Made by a program: the position numbers and the translations under genes. DNA of 32,000 nt from Crocosphaera subtropica ATCC 51142 (GTDB taxonomy: Bacteria; Cyanobacteriota; Cyanobacteriia; Cyanobacteriales; Microcystaceae). The notes below the pieces were generated by a model. It was not told where the DNA came from and did no database searches. It worked only from the letters and a program-made list of their open reading frames with translations. The stretch spans positions 1,230,001 to 1,262,000 of the forward strand of contig NC_010546.1 of NCBI RefSeq assembly GCF_000017845.1, written 5' to 3'. Positions 1-7,106 of this stretch are shown here, one piece after another; positions within the stretch are counted from its first letter, which is position 1, and each line of letters opens with the position of its first letter.

Positions 1-398
1 CTGAAAATGTACATATAATTGGAACCATGAATACAGCCGATCGCTCAATAGCATTAGTAGATAATGCGTTGCGTCGTCGCTTTGCATTTATTCCCATCAA
101 ACCTAACTATGATATTCTCAAAAAATACTACGAAAAACAGCACGAAAAAGACAAGACTAACTATAATATTGAATTTATTAAATCATTAAGAACCATTTTA
201 GAAGAAGTGAATAAAACTATTAATGATCCTCATTATGAAATTGGTGTTTCTTTCTTCCTTACCGAAACCTTAAAAGAGGATCTCGAAGATATTTGGATAA
301 TGGAAATAGAACCCTATTTAGAAGAATACTTTTTCGATGAAACAGACAAAATTGATCAATTTCGTTGGATAAAAATAAAAGATAAATTGAAACTGTAG
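1..398 (+). CDS. mcrB: McrB-like AAA+ GTPase subunit of a McrBC-type restriction system; C-terminal ~130 aa only, the 5' end lies outside the window
   Basis: The frame is open from the window edge (codons from nt 3 read ENVHIIGTMNTADRS...). IIGTMNTADRS...D.ALRRRFAF is the hallmark region of McrB-type AAA+ proteins. Stop TAG at 396-398. An McrC-like gene follows on the same strand. Confidence 0.85.
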   Translation, partial: ENVHIIGTMNTADRSIALVDNALRRRFAFIPIKPNYDILKKYYEKQHEKDKTNYNIEFIKSLRTILEEVNKTINDPHYEIGVSFFLTETLKEDLEDIWIMEIEPYLEEYFFDETDKIDQFRWIKIKDKLKL

Positions 399-543
399 GG
401 TGGGTTAGGTTGACTTTTATTATTGATACTCAACTAAGGCTTAAATTATGCTGTAACCCACCATTTAAGTTATCTTTTGGTAGGTTACGATGGACAATTA
501 AATACTTGTGCTAAACTAAATTATAGTCATCTAACCCACCCTA
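396..543. repeat. Nested inverted-repeat element: outer perfect 13-bp arms TAGGGTGGGTTAG (396-408) / CTAACCCACCCTA (531-543); inner arms GTAACCCACCA (453-463) / TGGTAGGTTAC (478-488, 10 of 11 complementary)
   Basis: Read directly from the sequence. The outer left arm begins at the mcrB stop codon. The GGTGGG core resembles the palindromes at 2599-2625 and 9926-9948. Confidence 0.6.
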
Positions 544-574
544 AGATTAGATTAATATTGATAACGAGATAAAA

Positions 575-910
575 ATGATTGAATTACATCCTGAATTTTT
601 AACAAAAAATGGACAAGAATTTGTCTTATTACCTTCTGAAGAATTTAAACAAGTTCAAGAAATATTAGAGCATTTAAAAAAAGAAAACTCCAAAGAAAGT
701 AAAGCTTCTGTTTTAAATAAAATTTACATGATGCAAGAAGATTCTGTAAATAATTGGCAAATAGCTATAAATCAAATTGGACAAAAAAACAAAATAGAAC
801 AACAAGAGAAAATTGAAACCTTATTTGACTCATGGAATAATTTAGATAAGGAACAAGAACAAAAAGAAACATTAAATATTATTCAATCTATAGAAGATGT
901 ATCTATTTAG
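575..910 (+). CDS. Small acidic/Lys-rich protein, probable type II antitoxin partner of the downstream PIN protein
   Basis: 111 aa ORF ending 5 nt before the PIN gene start. The N-terminus MIELHPEFLTKNGQEFVLLPSEEFKQVQEILEHL resembles Phd/YefM-like antitoxin N-termini common in cyanobacteria. The C-terminal half is charged and low-complexity. The assignment rests on position and resemblance only. Confidence 0.5.
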   Translation: MIELHPEFLTKNGQEFVLLPSEEFKQVQEILEHLKKENSKESKASVLNKIYMMQEDSVNNWQIAINQIGQKNKIEQQEKIETLFDSWNNLDKEQEQKETLNIIQSIEDVSI

Positions 911-915
911 TAATC

Positions 916-1365
916 ATGACAAAAATTATTCTTCTTGACTCTACTCCAGTGGGATTAATTATTAATCCTAAAGCAAATTTATTGGCAAAAAAATGTCAAG
1001 AATGGTTTAAAACTTTATTTGAACGAGGTTATGATGTCATATTATCAGAAATTGTTGACTATGAAATTAGACGAGAATTACTAAGAGCAAATAAACTATC
1101 AGGAATCAGAAAATTAAATCAACTTAAATATGAATTAATATATTTACCCATTACAACAGAAGTGATGTTAAAAGCAGCAGAATTATGGGCTGAAGTTAGA
1201 AAGAAAGGTAAACCTACGGCTGATAATAAAGCATTAGATGGTGATGTTATTTTAACGGCTCAAGCAGTGTTATTACAAGAAAATGACTATGAGATTATTA
1301 TCGTAACAAGTAATATTAAACATTTTTCTATGTTTGTTGATGCTAGAGAATGGAAAAATGTGTAA
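916..1365 (+). CDS. PIN-domain ribonuclease (VapC-like toxin)
   Basis: 149 aa. The PIN acidic signature is present at the expected spacing: ILLDS (D8), LSEIVDYE (E45), DGDVILTAQA (D110), VTSNIKHF (T131-N133). It sits directly after an antitoxin-sized ORF. Confidence 0.75.
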   Translation: MTKIILLDSTPVGLIINPKANLLAKKCQEWFKTLFERGYDVILSEIVDYEIRRELLRANKLSGIRKLNQLKYELIYLPITTEVMLKAAELWAEVRKKGKPTADNKALDGDVILTAQAVLLQENDYEIIIVTSNIKHFSMFVDAREWKNV

Positions 1366-1366
1366 G

Positions 1367-2542
1367 ATGAATACTATAGAATTAATTGAATATAAACCCT
1401 GTAATATTCCCCGCGATCGCATTCCACAAGAAATTATTGATCAATTAAAAGATAACTATAAAAATAAGTTCAAAATTAATCTAAAATATACAACCAAAGG
1501 TGATGAATGGCAAATTATTTCTCAAGGATGGGTAGGTTATATCCCTATTAATAATGACTGGAATTTTCACATTAAACCGAAAGTTCCGATTACTAATATT
1601 TTCAAGATGTTAGACTATGCTTATAACCTCAAAAGCTTTCAATTTTTAGATGGTTTAATGAAGTGTGAAAGTTTACCTGACTTTTATAACCGTTTAGCAA
1701 CTATTTTTGCTCATCGTATCTTAAACCGTATTCAAAAAGGACTCTATGCAACTTATATTAAACAGTCACAAGAATTAAGTTATGTAAGGGGAAAAATTGA
1801 TATTAAAACCATGATAAAATATCCCTGGAAACCTAAACTAACTTGTAATTATGATAACTTTACTCAAGACATAGAAGATAATCAGATTTTACTGTGGACA
1901 ATATATATAATAAGTCGTCAAGAAATTTGTCAAGAAAAGACTCGTATATTAATTAGAAAAGTTTATCACGCATTACAAGGTTATTTAACTCTATCACCCT
2001 TTACCGCAAATGATTGTATTAACCGAAAATATAACCGTCTTAACCAAGATTATCACTGTTTACATTCTCTCTGTCGCTTCTTCTTGGAAAATACAACACC
2101 GAGTGACGAAAAAGGAAATTATAATAGCTTACCTTTTTTAGTGAATATGAATCAATTGTATGAAAAATTTGTCGCAGCATGGTTAAAACAACATCTTCCC
2201 CCACCCTTAGGAATAAAAACACAACATCGTGTAGAATATGATAGTTTTAGTTTCAAAATTGATTTAATTATCTATAATAAAAAGACACAAGAAAATTTAT
2301 ATGTACTGGATACGAAATATAAGACAGAAATAAAAGATAGCGATCGCACTCAAATTATTGCCTATGCAACAGCTAATAAATGTAAAATTGGGATAATAAT
2401 TACTCCTTACTCTAATAATATTTTAAATGATAAAATCACTGAAAATTTATCAATTCATAGCCTAAACTTTTCCTTAGAACAGGATATCGAAGAAGCCGGA
2501 AATAACTTTTTACAGCAATTAATGAGCCAGAATTATATGTAA
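1367..2542 (+). CDS. mcrC: McrC-like nuclease subunit of a McrBC restriction system
   Basis: About 391 aa from the ATG at 1367, 1 nt after the PIN stop codon. The C-terminal PD-(D/E)xK-type motif KIDLIIY...x13...YVLDTKYK matches the McrC catalytic signature. The ORF-track start at 1334 is a TTG that overlaps the PIN gene and is less likely. Confidence 0.85.
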   Translation: MNTIELIEYKPCNIPRDRIPQEIIDQLKDNYKNKFKINLKYTTKGDEWQIISQGWVGYIPINNDWNFHIKPKVPITNIFKMLDYAYNLKSFQFLDGLMKCESLPDFYNRLATIFAHRILNRIQKGLYATYIKQSQELSYVRGKIDIKTMIKYPWKPKLTCNYDNFTQDIEDNQILLWTIYIISRQEICQEKTRILIRKVYHALQGYLTLSPFTANDCINRKYNRLNQDYHCLHSLCRFFLENTTPSDEKGNYNSLPFLVNMNQLYEKFVAAWLKQHLPPPLGIKTQHRVEYDSFSFKIDLIIYNKKTQENLYVLDTKYKTEIKDSDRTQIIAYATANKCKIGIIITPYSNNILNDKITENLSIHSLNFSLEQDIEEAGNNFLQQLMSQNYM

Positions 2543-2544
2543 AT

Positions 2545-2625
2545 AATAGGGTACATTGTGGGCATTATGTACTCTACCCCTATGATCTAATAAAACCGTG
2601 TAAGGTGGGCATTGCCTACCCTACA
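2545..2625. repeat. Two GTGGGCATT-containing hairpins in the convergent mcrC / arsA-like gap; candidate bidirectional terminators and repeat-family members
   Basis: ATAGGGTACAT-TGTGGGCATT-ATGTACTCTACCCCTAT (2545-2583) and GTGTAAGGTGGGCATTGCCTACCCTACA (about 2599-2625). The second is an imperfect copy of the perfect palindrome at 9926-9948. Confidence 0.55.
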
Positions 2626-2643
2626 ATTATGATTAAATTTAAG

Positions 2644-3729
2644 TTACAAAGAAACAATCAGATAATGATTTTGGAACTTTGCCCCTTTTACAGATTGTCC
2701 CGCTAATGGTCCAGGTAATTCAATGTTACGCCGTTGATCTCCAGCTTCAATGGTTAATTCTGGACCATACTGGGTTAACTTAACTTGTTTCTTCTCAAAC
2801 CCAGGCAAAAACACCTTAACTTGACGGTTAGCAATATCAATAGTCACCGGTTTAGGTGCTTGAGAGTCCCCTAAAAATTGCGGTAGCGCATCCATTAATG
2901 GTTGCCAGTTATTCCCCTCCATTTTAGGGAAAGAAGACAGGGTTAAGGGGTCAAATTCGTCCGCTAAAGCGGTTGTTTCTCCTTGATTAATAATAACACC
3001 CCGAACCGTTAAACCCACTTGTTGCGCCCCACCCCAATAATATTTAGCTGCTGCGATCGCTATTTCGTCGTCTGTGGTCACTAAATAAGCTGCGACACGA
3101 TTACCATCGGCTAAAGCGGCCTTTCCTGACTGTAAAATATCATTAGCCTGAGTATTTTTGAGATCCTCAGCACTCCAGGACACATTTAAAATGGCACTGG
3201 TAATGGGTTGCACAAACGGGGCTAATGCTTTACCCACATCAGACTCCGTTAACACTTCCCGAAACCGACGCACATACCAACTCATGATTTCTGGGATACT
3301 AAACATCCGTAGGGTATTTAAAGCACTATCCCCGTCATAGACAATGACATCATATTCCTTTCTTTGTTCGTATTCTCGTAACGCATTGAGTGCGAGGGCC
3401 CCATCCATCCCAGGTAAGACTCCTAACTCTTGGCCGTAGACATTTTTTAGCGTCGGCGATCGCAAATATTGTGCTTCTAATTCCTTGATATCTTCCCATC
3501 CTTTTGAAAGCAGTTGGGCTGATTTTAAAGCCATCCCCTTTAAATTAGGCTCAATTTCTGTTGGAGACGTTTCTAACGTTGTTCCCCATAAACGACTCAA
3601 TACTGGACTAGAATCTTGGGACAAGAATAAGACACGAGATCCCGCTGAAGCCAGCTTTTTAGCTGTAGCGATCGCCACTGTTGAGCGACCACTACCGCCT
3701 TTGCCTAAAAAGGTTAAAATCAAAGCCAT
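2644..3729 (-). CDS. ArsA/Get3-family ATPase-like protein with a divergent nucleotide-binding signature and a C-terminal HSP20/CS-like beta-sandwich region
   Basis: 361 aa. The N-terminus MALILTFLGKGGSGRSTVAIATAKKLA matches the deviant Walker A region of the ArsA/ParA/MinD class. YDVIVYDGDSALNTLRMF aligns with the ArsA FDxIIFDTAPTGHTLRLL block. The C-terminal VKVFLPGFEKKQVKLTQYGPELTIEAG...GAKFQNHYLIV looks alpha-crystallin-like. Confidence 0.7.
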   Translation of the reverse strand: MALILTFLGKGGSGRSTVAIATAKKLASAGSRVLFLSQDSSPVLSRLWGTTLETSPTEIEPNLKGMALKSAQLLSKGWEDIKELEAQYLRSPTLKNVYGQELGVLPGMDGALALNALREYEQRKEYDVIVYDGDSALNTLRMFSIPEIMSWYVRRFREVLTESDVGKALAPFVQPITSAILNVSWSAEDLKNTQANDILQSGKAALADGNRVAAYLVTTDDEIAIAAAKYYWGGAQQVGLTVRGVIINQGETTALADEFDPLTLSSFPKMEGNNWQPLMDALPQFLGDSQAPKPVTIDIANRQVKVFLPGFEKKQVKLTQYGPELTIEAGDQRRNIELPGPLAGQSVKGAKFQNHYLIVSL

Positions 3730-3818
3730 GAGTTATCAAAATTATTTTCTGATTGATTAGTTTCCCACTGTGTCCCATGTTATCAGGAGATAGACCATGA
3801 GAACTCTGTCTTGAGGTT

Positions 3819-3890
3819 AGGGAGAAGCTATGAGATTCCTAAAACCAAGGTAGCTCAAGAATAGTCAACCTTTGCTTGTTGCTTCTCCCT
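3819..3890 (-). other. 10-bp perfect inverted repeat AGGGAGAAGC (3819-3828) / GCTTCTCCCT (3881-3890) with a 52-nt spacer, between the petP-like and arsA-like genes
   Basis: Read directly from the sequence. The role (terminator, attenuator or processing site) is unknown. Confidence 0.3.
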
Positions 3891-3902
3891 TTGAGAAGGT
3901 AA

Positions 3903-4115
3903 TTATTCAACCGGTTTGAGTTCATCGCCAAAAAACCAAGTAGCGGTTTTATCAGCAAACTCAACGACTGCACCGATTCCACTGCCATCAGTCATTTTAA
4001 ATTCCTTGATGGTACCTTCTTTGCCCAGTTTATCAACAAGTTGTCCAGAGACGCGATCGCGAAGACGGATCACTTTTACTTTCTGCCCGATTTCCATGCC
4101 CAAATTTACTAACAT
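3903..4115 (-). CDS. Small SH3-like DUF2862 / PetP-like protein (cytochrome b6f-associated subunit family)
   Basis: MEIGQKVKVIRLRDRVS...KMTDGSGIGAVVEF...TWFFGDELKPVE matches my recollection of the Ssr2998/PetP family. The true start is probably the internal ATG at 4097 (MEIGQ...). Confidence 0.55.
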   Translation of the reverse strand: MLVNLGMEIGQKVKVIRLRDRVSGQLVDKLGKEGTIKEFKMTDGSGIGAVVEFADKTATWFFGDELKPVE

Positions 4116-4264
4116 TTTAATGAACCATTCCCCAGTTTAGCCGAATCTGGGCCAATATTGATGGTTAAAATTTTCTGAAGTTATCGGGAACAACTCGACA
4201 AAAGTATCTGACATTTAATACAATACCCCATTAATTCCTAATTTGTCGGTATTGATAACCCATT

Positions 4265-5071
4265 ATGACCATTACCCTAAAAGCTAGCCTTCAAGGGTCG
4301 TCAAGCAGACGATACCTAGAATTGCTACAAATCTTAGTAGAGAGAAATTTAAAAGGACGCTATCGAGGCTCATTTTTAGGGGTGTATTGGTCACTATTAA
4401 ATCCCCTAATTATGACGGGGTTGTATGCAGCCATTTTCGGGACAGCGTTTGCACAATATTACGATAATTCCACCTTTAACTATATTTTAGCTGCTTTTAC
4501 TGGCTTAATTGTCATCAATTTTTTCTCTTCTTCTACCAGTCAAGCTTTAGCAAGTGTGGTGGGTAATGGCTCCTTATTAAATAAGGTTCGTTTACCCATT
4601 ACCATTTTTCCTGTTTCGATGATTGTGGCCAATATCTTTCAGTTTCTAATGGGCCCATTACCATTATTGGCTATTTTCACTCTGATCATTTCTAAGAATC
4701 CTCTCAATGTTATTGCTCTAATATGCCCTTTGATAGCTCTCAGTTTCGTCTGTACAGGGGTAGGATTTTTTGTCAGTGCATTGTATGTTTTTTTCCGAGA
4801 TTTACCCTACTTTTATGAGCTAGTTTGTTTTGTTCTTTGGATTAGCTCTCCTGTTTTTTATCCGGCTGAAATTGTTCCGAGTTCGGTGAAATCCTTCTTA
4901 CTGCTCAATCCCCTAATTCCGATTATTGAAAGTATTCGCCAGATATCCTTATCCGGTGCTTTACCCGATGTGACCTTAATTTTACATTCATTTTTTAATG
5001 GTTTCATCCTTTTAATGTTAGGCTGGATGTGTTTTCGCTCCTGGCAAAAAAACTTTATGGACTTGCTCTAA
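4265..5071 (+). CDS. ABC-2 type polysaccharide/O-antigen exporter permease (Wzm/KpsM/TagG-like)
   Basis: 268 aa with about 6 hydrophobic helices. The N-terminal LKGRYRGSFLGVYWSLLNPL motif is typical of ABC-2 exporters. The cognate ATPase gene follows 7 nt downstream. Confidence 0.8.
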   Translation: MTITLKASLQGSSSRRYLELLQILVERNLKGRYRGSFLGVYWSLLNPLIMTGLYAAIFGTAFAQYYDNSTFNYILAAFTGLIVINFFSSSTSQALASVVGNGSLLNKVRLPITIFPVSMIVANIFQFLMGPLPLLAIFTLIISKNPLNVIALICPLIALSFVCTGVGFFVSALYVFFRDLPYFYELVCFVLWISSPVFYPAEIVPSSVKSFLLLNPLIPIIESIRQISLSGALPDVTLILHSFFNGFILLMLGWMCFRSWQKNFMDLL

Positions 5072-5078
5072 AGGTTAA

Positions 5079-5849
5079 ATGGTAGAAGCAATTAGACTCG
5101 ATCAAGTTTCCCTCTGGCGTAGAACCCAAGAAGAGTTTTCTTATGATTTAAAGAGAACGATCTTATCTATGTTAGAAGGGAAATACCGTCAACCCTCAAG
5201 AAAACTGATTCTTGACCGTATTAATTTGACGGTTCATGCTGGGGAAAAAATCGGTATCATTGGAGCCAATGGATCAGGAAAATCCACCTTACTCAAAGTG
5301 ATCACGGGGATTCTACAACCCACATCCGGTCAGATTCGGGTTAAGGGAGAAATAGCTCCTTTGATTGAATTAGGGGCAGGATTTGACGGAGAACTGTCCG
5401 TAACTGATAATATAATTCTTTACGGAGTGATGTTAGGCTTTCCTCGTCAAGAGATGAAGGAGCGTGTGGCTTCTATTTTAGAGTTTGCCGATTTAACCGA
5501 CTATAGCTTAGCTCCAGTTAAAGCCCTTTCATCAGGGATGGCAGCCCGTTTAGGCTTTTCCATTGCTACGGATGTAGAACCGGATATCTTAATCCTCGAT
5601 GAAGTGCTATCCGTTGGTGATGAAAGCTTTAAACATAAATGTCAAAAGCGGATGGATAGATTATGGGGACACCATACAACCATTTTAGTGGTTTCCCACG
5701 GCTTGGACTTTATTCAACAAGCTTGCGATCGTGCTATTTGGCTAGATCGGGGTAAAATTCGGTTTATCGGTGATACGGATGAAGCCATTCATCATTATCT
5801 TGTTTCTGTTCAAGAAAATTCAACACTAGAATTACATAATCATCTATGA
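5079..5849 (+). CDS. ABC transporter ATP-binding protein (Wzt/KpsT/TagH-like, short form with no C-terminal carbohydrate-binding extension)
   Basis: Walker A GANGSGKST, signature LSSGM, Walker B ILILDE, H-loop VSH. Its stop overlaps the next gene's start (ATGA at 5846-5849). Confidence 0.85.
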   Translation: MVEAIRLDQVSLWRRTQEEFSYDLKRTILSMLEGKYRQPSRKLILDRINLTVHAGEKIGIIGANGSGKSTLLKVITGILQPTSGQIRVKGEIAPLIELGAGFDGELSVTDNIILYGVMLGFPRQEMKERVASILEFADLTDYSLAPVKALSSGMAARLGFSIATDVEPDILILDEVLSVGDESFKHKCQKRMDRLWGHHTTILVVSHGLDFIQQACDRAIWLDRGKIRFIGDTDEAIHHYLVSVQENSTLELHNHL

Positions 5850-6778
5850 AAATTTTAATTACGGGGGGTGCCGGTTATATTGGCTCAATTTTAACCCCAA
5901 CTTTATTGGCAAAAGGCTATGAAGTCACAGTATTAGACAGTTTTATGTTCGGTCAAAATAGTTTGGCTGATTGCTGTCAATATGACACGTTTAATGTGGT
6001 GCGTGGGGACTGTCGCAATGAATCTTTAATCAAAGATTTACTCAAAGACGCTGATGTAATCATCCCCTTAGCTGCTTTGGTGGGTGCGCCCTTATGTAGT
6101 CGGGATGAAGTGGGAACCCGTACGGTTAACTACGAAGCGGTTAAAATGATTTGTGATCTAGCCAGTCCTCAACAACGGATTTTAATGCCGGTGACGAATA
6201 GTGGGTATGGTATTGGAGAAGCGGGTAAATTCTGTACCGAAGAGTCTCCGTTACGGCCGATTTCTCTGTATGGGACTACCAAAGTTGAAGCCGAAAAAGC
6301 GGTGTTAGAACGGGAAAATAGTATGACCTTCCGACTGGCCACCGTGTTTGGAATGTCCCCTAGAATGCGGGTTGATCTATTGGTGAATGATTTTGTTTAT
6401 CGTGCCTTTTATGATCGGGCGGTGGTCATTTTTGAAGGACATTTTAAGCGCAATTATATTCATATCCGAGATGTAGCTAAGGTCTTTGTTCATGGCATTG
6501 AAAATTTTGAAACCATGAAAGGGAAACCCTATAACGTGGGCTTAGAAGATGCTAATTTATCTAAGTTAGAATTATGCGCTGAGATCAAGAAGTATTTACC
6601 CAAATTTGTCTATTTAGAAGCCCCTATCGGCGAAGATCCTGATAAACGAGACTATATTGTTTCAAATGCCCGTATTCTCAAAACAGGCTTTGAACCCGAA
6701 TGGCCCTTAAGTCGAGGGATTCGAGAATTAATTAAAGGTTATACCATTCTACGCAACAGCATCTATTCTAATGTCTAG
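5846..6778 (+). CDS. NAD-dependent epimerase/dehydratase (extended SDR family)
   Basis: Rossmann motif MKILITGGAGYIGS and catalytic YxxxK (LYGTTK). It overlaps the ABC ATPase gene by 4 nt, consistent with translational coupling. Confidence 0.85.
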   Translation: MKILITGGAGYIGSILTPTLLAKGYEVTVLDSFMFGQNSLADCCQYDTFNVVRGDCRNESLIKDLLKDADVIIPLAALVGAPLCSRDEVGTRTVNYEAVKMICDLASPQQRILMPVTNSGYGIGEAGKFCTEESPLRPISLYGTTKVEAEKAVLERENSMTFRLATVFGMSPRMRVDLLVNDFVYRAFYDRAVVIFEGHFKRNYIHIRDVAKVFVHGIENFETMKGKPYNVGLEDANLSKLELCAEIKKYLPKFVYLEAPIGEDPDKRDYIVSNARILKTGFEPEWPLSRGIRELIKGYTILRNSIYSNV

Positions 6779-7106
6779 ACACACTTAGTTAAAAAGTGCA
6801 AGGTTTTCACCAAAATGGCTAGAAAATTCTTGCATTTTTCTATTAAACTCCTATTCCTGACACCCTAAAATCTACACCCCAGACCCGAAAATTCCCATTA
6901 AATTAAGCATGACTTAGCCAAACCTCATGGTAAGTTACCTAAAAGGGTAAACAAACTTAGCAAAAACCTCTATTATCGTAATTAGAGATAATTCTCTATA
7001 TTAGATAGTTCTTATAACCTTCTCTCTTAATTGATAAGCTAGGAATAAGCCCATTACCCAGGCTTATGTTAAATCCGCTAAACTTGCTTGATTATTAACA
7101 ACGATT

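Noticed and set aside
1334-1366. TTG start at 1334 for the McrC-like gene, as in the ORF track
   Set aside because: It would overlap the PIN gene by 32 nt and add MLMLENGKMCK. The ATG at 1367, directly after the PIN stop codon, gives a typical coupled start.
2040-4140. ORFs 2040-2222 (-), 3158-3340 (+), 3485-3760 (+) and 3916-4140 (+)
   Set aside because: They are antisense to the McrC-like, ArsA-like and PetP-like genes and show no domain resemblance.
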